Shown here piece after piece: positions 51,761 to 63,668 of a stretch of 64,000 nt of DNA. Source of the DNA: Phoronis australis (taxonomy: Eukaryota; Animalia; Phoronida). The DNA lies in the NCBI GenBank assembly GCA_002633005.1, contig NMRA01000028.1, positions 1,077,556 through 1,141,555 of the forward strand. The letters run 5' to 3'. Numbering within the stretch: the stretch's first letter is position 1; each line of letters begins with the position of its first letter. A program made the position numbers and the translations under genes. The notes under the pieces are model-generated. The model was not told the origin of the DNA. It ran no database searches and saw only the letters and a list, made by a program, of their open reading frames with translations.

Positions 51761-52179
51761 TTGTTATGAAAGTTGTTATTCGAGTTCCTTTTCTGCAGTC
51801 TGCAGTAGTTAGCTTCCCTTGCAGTGTCTTTTGAGTAACATTTTCTTCTTTAGTCTTTAGACGTGTCCGTTCATTCAATCACCCAATTTTGACATATTAT
51901 TTTCATTGACAACTGATTTTTCATGTCCACTGTCCGTGTACATAATTTCTCAGCTTAATTTTGACATTATTTTATACCTGTTTGGACAACTTAAAATCCG
52001 TAGTTAATTTTCAGTTATCTCATTAACCCGAGGACATATTCTATTGCGAATCTTTTTATTCGTAGAGATGTTATTTAATCTTTATGTCTAAATGTCAGTT
52101 TAGATAACCACTAACACTCTACTAATTTATTGGTTTTAGATTTAAAAGAATACTAAACCTTCTTTAGATAATTTCCATC

Positions 52180-52510
52180 AAGCCTCGTTCTGTCCCCTGC
52201 TAATGCATCATTGGCGGCAATCTTCCAAGTTAAAGGCAGAAATCACCTAAAAACTCACACTCCCTACGTCACAAATTGGGCATTATGGTCCTTGGTAGGT
52301 CATCTTTTCCACAGCTGCCATGTAATTCACTAAAAGCGTAGGTCACGCTTGGCCGTTAAGTCGACTTTTAAAGGAATTTTCAAAAAAATTCCCAATCTTT
52401 TGAGGGTTGTCGAGGGTTTGAGAGCATAATTTTGCTTCTGAGAACTGGATGGGAAAGTCGTTTTTGGTACCTCTGTAAAGGCCTAAACTAGGTTTGGTAT
52501 CCTTTTAAGC
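52180..52510 (+). repeat. Diverged copy of the intronic repeat at ~42860-43175
   Basis: gcctcgttctg..ctgctaatgca..gtcacaaattgg..attatggt.cttgg..gtcacgcttg shared in the same order. Confidence 0.65.
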
Positions 52511-53383
52511 ATTGGCTCTGTCTTTTTGTTTTAGTTTACCTCGGCTCAACACAAGGTAGCGCCACTCATACATGCCCTAAAGTAAAAATAGCGCTAGTAA
52601 ACAGAAATTACTTGGTTGTGCTTCTGGAGCTTAAAGTCCTTCTCTCAAACTGCCCATGTGGTTCCAGTATCCGAAAATACTTACTACATAAAATATTATT
52701 TTCGACACCCTTTCTTTATATTCGTTTCGCCTTTCTTGCCAAAAGCGATTTTTTAACAGTATTTAACCCTTCTCTGTGAGCGTATAATTACCGGCTGTCA
52801 TCGGTTATTTCCGTACCCACATTTCCGGCTCATCAGTTCAGGAACTTGTCCTGAACACCGCCATTTTTTCCTTGTAACTGAATGTGCTATGGCTTGCACG
52901 AAAAGTCTTCATGATTTTGTTTTATTAGTAATATCTCGTGATTCGTTTGCATATGTAGTGTATTTATAGTTTGTAGTTGGTGGTCGTTGAATTTTTTTGG
53001 AATGTTACGCGTACTTAGTATGTTAAAATAGCATCGGTGTTTAGTTCCTTACGTAGGTCGGTCGAACCTAGGAACCAATATGGGTCGAACTAATTTTTTT
53101 TCGGTTTTATTTTTTTTCTCGTTTTGAAAAAGTACTTTGCTATCATCGGAAAGGTAGTACATTCTACTCAGTAAAAATCGAAAAAGTATCAAAATCGGGG
53201 CAAGCAGTGTAAAGTCATTGCAAGTTTTGTGGCGAAATTTGGGTCACTTTGTTTGGATCGCGTCGGCCATATTGGAGGACAGCGGGATAAGTTACGAGTT
53301 TAAAACTTTGTGTAAATTGTTTTCGCCAACAAATTACGGTGAAATTTAGTTAGACACATCGTTACTTACTATTCTGCACGATT

Positions 53384-54132
53384 NNNNNNNNNNNNNNNNN
53401 NNNNNNNNNNNNNNNNNNNNNNNNNNNNNNNNNNNNNNNNNNNNNNNNNNNNNNNNNNNNNNNNNNNNNNNNNNNNNNNNNNNNNNNNNNNNNNNNNNNN
53501 NNNNNNNNNNNNNNNNNNNNNNNNNNNNNNNNNNNNNNNNNNNNNNNNNNNNNNNNNNNNNNNNNNNNNNNNNNNNNNNNNNNNNNNNNNNNNNNNNNNN
53601 NNNNNNNNNNNNNNNNNNNNNNNNNNNNNNNNNNNNNNNNNNNNNNNNNNNNNNNNNNNNNNNNNNNNNNNNNNNNNNNNNNNNNNNNNNNNNNNNNNNN
53701 NNNNNNNNNNNNNNNNNNNNNNNNNNNNNNNNNNNNNNNNNNNNNNNNNNNNNNNNNNNNNNNNNNNNNNNNNNNNNNNNNNNNNNNNNNNNNNNNNNNN
53801 NNNNNNNNNNNNNNNNNNNNNNNNNNNNNNNNNNNNNNNNNNNNNNNNNNNNNNNNNNNNNNNNNNNNNNNNNNNNNNNNNNNNNNNNNNNNNNNNNNNN
53901 NNNNNNNNNNNNNNNNNNNNNNNNNNNNNNNNNNNNNNNNNNNNNNNNNNNNNNNNNNNNNNNNNNNNNNNNNNNNNNNNNNNNNNNNNNNNNNNNNNNN
54001 NNNNNNNNNNNNNNNNNNNNNNNNNNNNNNNNNNNNNNNNNNNNNNNNNNNNNNNNNNNNNNNNNNNNNNNNNNNNNNNNNNNNNNNNNNNNNNNNNNNN
54101 NNNNNNNNNNNNNNNNNNNNNNNNNNNNNNNN
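53384..54132. other. Assembly gap (749 N); other gaps at 39093-39237 and 43618-43708
   Basis: Runs of N; this gap could hide an exon between TSP1 and FN3 exon 1. Confidence 0.99.
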
Positions 54133-55298
54133 AAATCTCTATTGAAAGCCAACAACTTTGCACAGTTCGCCAGAAGTACCCAAGTTCTAAATAAACCTCG
54201 TTTGAGCGAGCGCTGTGGCCAGCGACCAGTTAGGCCTAAGGGTAGCCTTGGCGCAAAGCTGTATAGGCCTACTAACAAGCTGTATTTTGACGATAGTCTT
54301 CACTGGTAGCTGGTGACTCAGGCTAACTAAGGTCTGCCGCGGCAGTGTGACACAGGACTAACCAGCCCGTAATTTCATGCAAGTGTCTGAAACTACCCTT
54401 GAATATATGCAACATTTATGATTTGACCATTTTACTTCGACAAAACAGCTTGCAAGCGCATGCATTTACCGTTCGCCAGTCTCTGGTCTCGATCCTCACC
54501 GAGTCCGATAGGCTGCGGTCCCGAGTCTGGCAAAATAATTTCTGCCAAAATTTATTCGCCACATTTCTTCAGCAAATTCGATAAAATAGTCCGTAGTTTG
54601 ATTTTATTAAAATTAAGGCGCGCTGTCGATTATTTTATCCCCGTTTGCTGGCAGGTAACAGTACAGGCACTACTCCAGTCGCACTGACGGCGTTTTCTTG
54701 GCCTGGGTTCCTGAATGAATTGTACTTCCGTGTTCGCGGCAAGTTCAGAATGGCGGTGGTTCTTCGGGTGCGAATCGTGAGTGGCGCGTTCAATTAAACT
54801 TTTTCGAGTACGGATCTTGTATTAGTTATGGGGTAAGTACTTCTTGGATCCTTATAACATCCTCTAACCATGTAATAAGGGTTAACAACGCGTGAGAGAA
54901 GGACTTTAACAGTCCAGCAAAACCATAGGGTCCCGATATTTTGAAATCCTAAAAGTTTATTGTTTAATACAAAACTGGTTAAATCTTAAAAAAAATCAAA
55001 TACTTCATTTTTAAAATAATATTTAATTGTTAGTTAGTCTTTGTGTCACTGACGTTTTTTTTAACCATACAATTATATTGATCACATCTTAATTAAGTAA
55101 AAAACATGTTTTACCTTTGGTTTTACTATGTACTAGTGGAAAATCTCACGCATTAGTGCAAGTGCGTGTTTCGCGTCGCAATTATTATTGGTTGTATGGG
55201 AACCATTGTTCACTCTAGTCTATACTATGCATGGACGTTTTAACGGTTATTGCGGTGGACCTATTATTTTGTGTTTTAGCAAAAATTGACGCTCTTAC

Positions 55299-55466
55299 CT
55301 GTACACAAATCATGGCATTTCGAAGTCGAGTTCTCGCTACCCTTGCAGGCCTTTCCCCCATGTTCGGGCGAAGGATTACTGCACGTTCGATTACGCACCT
55401 TTTCACCCGAAGTGCAAGCTGGCTGACATGCTATCCAAGGATTCCACTCTGACCACGCACCGTCAA
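55299..55466 (-). CDS. TSP1 (thrombospondin type 1) domain exon
   Basis: VDGAWSEWNPW..C..C..RNRTCSNPSPEHGGKACKG; ttttctag acceptor, G|gtaaga donor. Confidence 0.92.
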
Positions 55467-56605
55467 CTAGAAAAGCGGGAAGGACTTGCGTAAATCGTTC
55501 CAGAACCAACACATTGTGCAGGCTACTCATTTACTGACGGAAAGCCTACTGTGACTCACGGTTGACCACATGATTCATGGTAACCGACCCTACTCCAAAG
55601 GTATCTGAATAACACGATCTTGGGGCTGTTTCTTTGTATGAGGACTCACTAGAAGATGGCTTTTTGTTGGGACATATACAAACATAAAAGTTGTCATCAC
55701 CTTTGTAGAGGGGAGGAACTGCTGAATTAAGCTTATTATATGTAATATATATAGAAAATTACTAGTATGCAAACTAATTAGGAATGCTACGGGCAACCAT
55801 GATAACATATAACATACACATCATTCATGATTTTATACTTTTTATTATCGACAGTCGCCACTTTGGAATTCAATAACGCGTCCGTTATTAAAGAAGCATT
55901 TCGCTGCTATTAATGTGACAAAATGATGACTGACCTACCCAAGCGCTTTGGGGTTTAAAGCATTATCGTAAGACGCTCATCTGATCTTTAGTTGCTGCCG
56001 TATGAACGGCAACTCGAGTCAAAAGCAATCTGTACATGCGCCATACTGAGATCGAATTCGCAATTTTCCGGGCTGGCCTACCCCAATGAATTCTGAAGCG
56101 TTTTCTTGAATCGTTTATGGTTTCGATGTTCTTGTAGGTAAAGTAATTGCAATCCCATTGCGGTAGAAAAAAGTGCACGATCGACTGTAGCAGAATAAAA
56201 GACCTAATTCGATTTTCGTGTTAGCCAACTAAGACCTTTAAGTACTTTTATTGCAGGCAACTTGGCAGTTTCTAAAACATATAGTGAGCATAAAATTTCT
56301 ACGTTTTCTTCCTCAGCTTCTGCAATTAAAACCCCCCAACTTGAACAAAAACTACCCCAATCATTTTCTTCCGATGCGTTCTTAATTCTTTCCATCAACA
56401 AAATTGAAGACTGAAAACCACTAGACATTCAGTGTGGTCAAGGTGAAACGGACACGTGCATAGAATAATAAAGAGGTTATAGGTATGCCAACCAACAACG
56501 AAAGGAGACAGCACCAAGGACTTGTTACAGTTTACATTAACCACTTGAATACTAGGTGTTGGGTCCAACTGATGTTATGGTCATGGTCCACGTTAACGAA
56601 CTTAC

Positions 56606-56793
56606 CTTTGAATAGTAACTCTTGGGTCCAGGTGAGGTTATAGTCAAGAGAGTCGACGAGAGCTTTTGTGACAACACAGGTGTAGTTAGCTTCATAAACG
56701 TCCTTTGGTGATTTACCGGGGGGAAGTGTCTCCGTAGTTATAACCAAGGTTTCACTTCTCTCACCCTCCAAGTTAAATCCCGGTGGCGAATGA
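56606..56793 (-). CDS. Ig domain, second half (phase 2-1)
   Basis: gctgcag|T CAT..AAA G|gtaagt; TLVI..EANYTCVV; phase matches the preceding exon. Confidence 0.75.
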
Positions 56794-56909
56794 CTGCAGC
56801 AGACGTTGAAAGTCGTCCTTCCATTCCACACAATTGTATTATGGTAACATTTCTCCAATTTGGACAATGGAGAATTAACTATTTTGGTAAAAGTCGGAGC
56901 TTGCCCCAA

Positions 56910-57720
56910 ATTCAAAAAAATTCAAAATTCATGTATTTCAACATTTAAAGCCTTTGCTCACATGTTACATAAAATTTACAGGATAACGCTGAGCAGCTTT
57001 TCCCTGAGAGCAGTAGCGTGAAATACAAATTTCAGTAGATTAATCTGAGCAATAGGCTCAGACATTTTCATTAGTTTTACAAATTTATGTTTATTTGGTT
57101 CCCGCCAGCACCACTCAGGTATAAATTAAAAGTTTTGATCTATTCTCCACAGCAAAGCTCCAGTCTTGTAAAAAACAGTCTTTAATTCGCTGCTCAAAAA
57201 GGACAAGAAAAGATGCTTCGCAGCCAACTCCCTGATTGTACAATACCAAACCAAAACCATACCTTTGCAGCAAGTTCCTAACAGATGAAGCCCAATTTTC
57301 CTACCAGCCTCATCCAATGTGACAAGCTTGTCATAGACACATTTTGGATTTCGATGTGCTGGCATTTTTAACAATTTAAACCAATACTTTATCAGTTTAA
57401 CAAACAGCTTCACATTAATTGGATACCTTCCCAGTTCTCCCAGGACAGCATGATTTAGACAGTTACTTCCAACACCCAGCAGTTGCTTACAGAATTTCAA
57501 TTGGGCGCGCTCGATACTAGAATATTCTTTAAATCCCCAATTCTCACTTCCATAGCTAATGATTGGGTATACCATTTTATCAAAAATCTCGAGTGCAATT
57601 TTCGATGAAAGTCGTCTACATTTTGACTGAAAACGTTTAATTGAAAAAATTGCTTTCTGTGCCTGGTGAGACAAAGTTTCCGTGGCTTGCGTCCAGACTA
57701 ACTTAGGTGTAAGGCAAATA
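56910..57720 (-). mobile_element. 5'-truncated non-LTR retrotransposon (LINE, RTE-X/CR1-like) 3' fragment
   Basis: ORF with post-RT motifs LEIFDKMVYPIISYGSENWG, IERAQLKFCKQLLGV and AVLGELGRYP; frameshift near 57295; TTGAA-like tail near 56910-56930. Confidence 0.82.
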
Positions 57721-58171
57721 CCGACACCGACCCCAAATTCTAAACGTAGACAATATTGGTCGTCTCAAATATAAGAATCGCCGGAAAGACGGCAAAATTA
57801 CTGTCTCACTCTGTAGGTTGAAAACACGAAATTTTGAGAAATGTGATGAATGACAAAAAACGTCGTCGAAAAAATTCCAGAATCAAACAAATTCAATTTT
57901 TACGCGAGCTTCCGTGTCCCAAATTCTAGACTGTTCCGAATTGGGAATTTTTACCGTTGTTCATTGCTATAGTTTCTCTTTCCGTTGCCGTCATCAACGT
58001 TTTCACATGTTTTAGCAGTCTGATGCCGAACTCGGCTTGTGGACAAAACAGAATACTATCTACCAACGAAAACATTCTGAGCAAGATTAGAATCGACGTA
58101 TGTGTCAATCTGTCAACTTATTTCATCTCAAATGAAACCGAGAACAGCTCAGGCTAAGAAAGCACAAACAC

Positions 58172-58465
58172 CAGTGGCGGATCTAGGATACCATAAGGGG
58201 GCGGCAACATGTTGCCTCGGGAATTGGCCGAAGCGCGATTGCACGTGCGCAGGCGGCCTGAAAGTTGCGGGGGCTGGGTATGTGGACCTTCTGTTCAGAA
58301 AATCTATCAGTGGACTTAAAAAAAAACGGTGACACAATTCCTCTGGGGTCTTGGCTGAACTCAATATTTCCTCAAGCTTAACCCTGTTGCTGTTTCATCT
58401 TGCTAGCGGCAGCCAAGGGGGGAGGGGGGGGGGGCTGGCCCCCTGCCCCCCTAAATCCGCCTATG
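58172..58465. mobile_element. MITE family B copy
   Basis: CAGTGGCGGATCTAGG...CCTAAATCCGCCTATG; flanks acaaacac/aagaacac resemble a decayed 8-bp TSD. Confidence 0.72.
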
Positions 58466-58788
58466 AAGAACACCCACGCCAAAATAATGAACACACTCGG
58501 GTCTCGAACCCACTTGATTTATTCGACTCCGTGGATGACTATAAGAAACAATTTTCAGTAAAAACAAACGAGAATGTTCAACTGTAGAATTTCCATACAG
58601 CGTCAATTTGCAAATCATTGTTTTGATTCATGTTTTGGTGCGGCGTTTCTAATTACACTTGAAAAAACCATTGATCGAACGGACTGTGATTATTACTTCA
58701 TCAGGTTTCAATTTCGGCTTGACCTACTTAGGGGTGCGCGAGTCTAATAACTGTGATTTGAAAAAAAAACATTAACACGTAGACATAC

Positions 58789-58957
58789 TGCGTGATATAG
58801 GAAATGTCGTTTCCAATTGTACGGGACCAATTTGTCAACACATGATCTTCATCGTCGGCTGCTGTTTCACACGTAAGTCTCACGCCAATATACCATTCGA
58901 AATACTCCACCACGGTCACATTCTCTGGTGTCGTGTCATTCATCCAAGAAAGCTCAC
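58789..58957 (-). CDS. Ig domain, first half (phase 1-2)
   Basis: gttacag|GT GAG..ACG CA|gtatgt; PENVTV..VRLTCE..TNWSR. Confidence 0.75.
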
Positions 58958-59613
58958 CTGTAACACGTAGACTATGGGTTAAGAAATTCAACTAAAAATA
59001 TGGAATGTATGCGACAATTCGCTCGCATGTCATGGCACCCTCAATTCAGCCAGGATGGTCTAAATAAGGAAGATCTGTGTTGACACGGCATTTTCAATAT
59101 CTGAATTATAGTCTGTTTCAATATATGTTCACGTTTCCTTGAGTAATACCAGGTGTGCAAAAGCTCTTAAACTACTGGAGTATTGTTACCAGAACAGGTA
59201 TTTCCACATAATGATATACAGAGTGTACAATTCAGTTTTACGTTGCTCCAGAAAAACAGAAAACCCTTTGCCAACGATAATACATAATTAAAAGACAAAA
59301 CGGAGAGATGCCTACGCCAATAGAAAATATTATGTTGGAAGCTTTTTTCACCCGACTCGATTATAGGCGCGGCGCGTGTAAATAAAGTCAGAATAATAGG
59401 CGCATCTTGCTAGTTGTCGAGATCATGCAAGACTAACACTCGAAACCGTAACAGCAGAGACTAGCAAAATAGCAGCCACTAAAGTGATTGGTCGGAGTGG
59501 GTGGAATATTGAATTTTGGGTGAATATTAACGACTGCGTTTCAAAAACGAAGATTTCCCACCACATGTGTCTCGCAAATATATTTTGCAGTGCGGAACGC
59601 AGCTCAGATTTAC

Positions 59614-59775
59614 CTGTGACGTAAAGATGGACCGTAGTTATGGCCTGGCCAACAGAGTTGTTGAGAATACATTGCACTATCATGTTTCCGGTCGTTTTCT
59701 TCAAATTACTGACGGTCAACTTGGTGTCACTCACAGAGACGTTACCACCAGTAATTGCAACAACCCACAAATCTA
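59614..59775 (-). CDS. Ig domain, second half (phase 1-1; TAGTAG tandem acceptor)
   Basis: KLTVSNL..VQCILNNSVGQAITTVHLYVT; ACA G|gtaaat donor; acceptor uncertain by 3 nt. Confidence 0.78.
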
Positions 59776-60439
59776 CTAAGTCGAAGACCTGATCTCGAAA
59801 AAAGTGCCACGAGACCATGTTTCAAAGACAATAAAGCTGTGTGGTTGAAGGGAAGTGCCAGCGATTTAGAGCCCGGTTAGGAAGGCTACATCAGCTTAGG
59901 GGGGCGTGTGCGGTTGCACAAAGAGTGACGTGCATTGCATAAATCAAGGTTACACAGGACCTTATTAACCAGTCTATCCAGCCAAAGTTACATATTTTAA
60001 CTCAATGAAAGTGTGCTTTCTGAAAGTAAAAGACATGTAAAATTTGATTTTAGATATTTTACAAATTTGCCACTAACTGGACCATGTGAGCACGCATACA
60101 AAATTTAGAACTGTGTATGACTTTAACAATTTAGGTGCATCACGTTAACGATTTATGATGACAGCAAGTAGAATTCCAATTTCTAAAATGTTTAAGAAAA
60201 TCAAAAGTTAAGAAAAAATGATTTCTTTCTGAACACGATTTGTACTGTGGAGCAATATCGAAATTGGAAAAATTGACGAGACTCTTGGGACTATTCTTTC
60301 GATGCCTGTTGCAGTTGGTTGTAACACATTACTGAAAGTTTTCTCTTTGACTTTTCATCCGTCATTGGTGAGATCTGGTTGTTATAATCTGAATTTTCTA
60401 CGGAATGACGTCACAGATTCTCATCTTGTCACAGCTGTT

Positions 60440-61620
60440 TTGATAGTAGTAGCTGGAGCAATAGTAACAACACTAGCATGAGTAGTAGCTATATCAATAA
60501 CATTAGCATGAGTAGTAGCTATATCAATAACATTAGCATGAGTAGTAGATATATCAATAACACTAGCATGCGTAGTAGCTACATCAATAACACTAACATG
60601 AGTAGTAGCTATATCAATAACACTATCATGAGTAGTAGCTACATCAATAACACTAACATGAGTAGTAGCTACATCAATAACACTAACATGAGTAGTAGCT
60701 ATATCAATAACACTATCATGAGTAGTAGCTACATCAATAACACTAACATGAGTAGTAGCTATAGCAATAACACTAACATGAGTAGTAGCTATATCAATAA
60801 CACTATCATGAGTAGTAGCTATGTCAATAACACTAACACGAGTAGTAGATATATCAACAACAACATCATGAGTAGTAGATGTATCAGCAGAACTATCACA
60901 GTATAAATAGTAGATATATAAATAACACTAGCACGAGTAGTAGCTATATCAACATCACTAGTATGAGTAGTAGATATATCAGCAGCACTATCGTAGGATG
61001 AGTAGTAGCTTTATCCACAACACTAGCACGAGTAGTAGATATTCACTACTAGCACACTTTGGTGGCACTGCAAAGATCATTTGTGTGCATTGTTGTTTAG
61101 GACACAACGCCACGTTTTAGCATCAACTTAACAGCACACACATTAAAGCACGCATGTTTCAAACATGCAGAACTATTTTAGTTTGGACGCAACACCTCGT
61201 TTTCAAGCATAACGACGAATTCGTGCAAGTAGTGAAATTCTGCTACAAAGGCATGTGTAGGAGCTACACCAACAGATCTACCATGACTAGTAACTATATC
61301 AACAATACTAGGTAAGCATAAGTAGTAGCTGTTTTAGTATCAGCAACACAAGAGCAGCGTTTGTAGTACCTATACCAACAGCTCTTGCATGAGTAGAGCG
61401 GCTATGCTAACAACACTAGCACGATTAGTATCTATATCAACACCACTAGCATGAGTAGAAGGTACATCAACAACACTAGCAAAACTAGTAGTTATATCAC
61501 CAGCATGGGTAGAAACCATGTTCACAAAACTAGAGCGATAACAATGTTAGAGGCAACTAGGAGATGGAACAATATCAAGAAGCAATAGCAGCAACAGTAA
61601 CAATATTATACAAGTAACAG
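60440..61620. repeat. 30-bp minisatellite (~19 copies to 61040, degenerate beyond the MITE)
   Basis: atgagtagtagctatatcaataacactaac units. Confidence 0.9.
61040..61236. mobile_element. MITE family A copy (reverse orientation), inserted in a minisatellite
   Basis: TTCACTACT...AGTAGTGAA; reverse-complement similarity to the 25169 copy. Confidence 0.78.
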
Positions 61621-61751
61621 TAGTCCTTTCAGAAAGAGAGCTTCGCTGGTTCACAAAGTAATAACAAGAGTGGTATCAATGCACACGTTCCACTTGGAAC
61701 ACACAGTTTCGTTAAACTAACACAACTCAAAGGGATCGTTAGATGTATTAC

Positions 61752-61883
61752 CCGCTTGTCTTCCATTGATGTACCACTGTACAGATGGTCGTGGATTTCT
61801 GTCGATTGCCTGGCAGGTGAACATAACAGATTTGTTCTCAATAACGTTTGTAACCGACGGCACAACCAGGAACTTTGGTGGGT
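61752..61883 (-). CDS. Ig domain, first half (phase 1-1)
   Basis: ttttag|AC CCA CCA..GCG G|gtaata; PPKF..VIENKSVMFTCQA..NPRPSVQWYING (I-set pattern). Confidence 0.85.
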
Positions 61884-62834
61884 CTAAAATAAAAACAACC
61901 CCAACACGCTTTACCTTTGAACAGGATGCCGCGAAACATCTCATAAGGAGCTTTATTGAACAAGTTCCTTCAGTGAAGTCACGTATCCATATAAATAATG
62001 CACTGACAGAACATCTTGTGAGCTATAAACAGGAAATTGACTTTAATACATTTTACATATTGGAATCACAAATTGAATGGTGCGAATTCGTTTATTCTGG
62101 CGAGCGTGCACCTCGAGAAGCAGTGTTGCCTGCTCTCGTGGAACAAAACACCCTTATCGGCGCCTCGAGCTGACAAGGAAGAAACTTCCTCTTTGTTCAA
62201 AACGCGACTCATCTATTCCTGTATACACAAAAATATTTTAACAACGTTCATGAAGTACTCTATTTTGTCACCAGCAGCAAAATACGAGTACCGGTACTGC
62301 CTATTGTACTCTACTGGCATACGGAACACCTAGGGTACGTTTGCAGCCTGAAGTTTACCATCATAGTATTTCTGAACTGCGCACATCCAATCATGTGATT
62401 TTTAAATGGAGAATTTCAACTCAATTCCTCGAAGTCTATAAGCCCCATATTCGACCTTGTAATCGATTGTTGTCTGTGGCTAATTGAATTTTCTATACAG
62501 GTGTTCCGACGTGACTTCTAACTTTTCAAAAAGTTGTATACGACTTGTCGATAAAATAGAGCGATTACGACTATGCTCTGATTTTCGTTCGACGTGAGAG
62601 AAACCGCAGGCGACTTTTGGAAAACTGACAACACACTCAGACTGCCCTATACCAATTTCTACGAAAAGAATCGGAGTGCGGAGTACGGCATGGTTTAAGG
62701 TAATCTTTTTCCCGTGGACTACTTTTAATAGGTTCACTTGGACGGGTGACTTGTGTGACCACATTCGCTATGAAAGGAAAAGAAATGACTTTCCGATTAA
62801 GTTCCCTGTGAAAACGCTCACTTTTTGAGTTGGA

Positions 62835-63030
62835 ATTACTACTTACGCACTTTGGTGGCGCTGCAAATATGATTGTTGTGCATTGTTGTTTAGGACACGT
62901 TGCCTCGTTTTAGCATTAATTTTAACGACGCAAACGTGAAAGAGCGCGTTTCAAACACGCAGAATAAATGTAGTTTGGACACAACACCTTGTTTACAAGC
63001 ATGATAGCTAATTCGTACACGTAGTGAGTA
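62835..63030. mobile_element. MITE family A copy (reverse orientation)
   Basis: Colinear with the 61040 copy (ctttggtggc.ctgcaaa..cattgttgtttaggacac). Confidence 0.78.
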
Positions 63031-63384
63031 AAAGGGTATATTTATGCACCAAATCTGTGCTGAATTATTTCACATTATAGTTTGCTTGAGATAAAAATAC
63101 GATTTAAAGTTTTGTTGCCTCACGTAATGGACTGCAGAATTAACGTATCATCCCCGTTTTGAACATCACCTGACTAGCCATACTACATGATGGATGTTCG
63201 GAAATGTGCAGCAAAGAAAAACCTCGGTGATGAATTGTGGTGCTAAAAATTGCGGAGGCTCATGAACAAATATAACTGTATCTGTTGTCCCCAGACAAAG
63301 AACTTCGTTATACTCTAAGTCCCTTTTTGGAACGATTTACCAAATAGCCTGAAGGGGTGGAAGGTTTTGATGAGGTCATGAAAC

Positions 63385-63447
63385 TGATGATGATGATGAC
63401 TAATATTGTTATTATTATTGTTGTTGTTATTGTTATTATTATTATTA
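63385..63447. repeat. Compound (GAT)n/(TTA/TTG)n microsatellite
   Basis: Seen directly, just inside the intron after the exon at 63475. Confidence 0.8.
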
Positions 63448-63474
63448 TGTTTGCGACAGTCTCCAAGTAGTTAC

Positions 63475-63668
63475 ATTTTATCGTCACCGTCAGGTTGGCG
63501 CATGCTGTCTGGTTTGGTTCACTAATAAGAGTAGCGCAGACGGAATAGTCGCCCTTATGCCGCTCTGTGGCGTTGGTGAATCTCATCCAATTTGGACGTT
63601 CGGAGGCGTACTTGCGCTGTTCTCCGAGACCAGGAGGGAATGTCCAGTTATATGTCAGACGCGCAGAA
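63475..63668 (-). CDS. Ig-like domain exon (C-terminal part; phase 2-1)
   Basis: ctttctcccag|T TCT..AAA T|gtaact; YNW..FTNATERHKGDYSVC..LTVTIK, joining to YPP in the next exon. Confidence 0.75.

Larger units (their letters stand above)
27410..63668 (-). other. Uncharacterised type I membrane protein gene: Ig(>=3)-TSP1-FN3 array-TSP1x2-TM-short tail; 5' end outside the window
   Basis: 19 intact minus-strand exons join in frame (4294 nt = 1+3n) with GT-AG sites; there are also one disrupted and one duplicated FN3 exon. That they form a single transcript is inferred. Confidence 0.75.

Noticed and set aside
53346-54278. Long ORFs of 264-310 aa
   Set aside because: They consist almost entirely of N-gap; the same applies to the ORFs at 39030-39436 and 43614-43805.
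52763-54885. piggyBac-like element bounded by TTAA-CCCTT...AAGGG-TTAA
   Set aside because: The inverted match is only ~5-6 bp, no transposase is visible and a gap intervenes; insufficient support.
60478-60906. 142-aa repetitive ORF (MSSSYINNTN)n
   Set aside because: Artefact of a 30-bp tandem repeat lacking stops in one frame.
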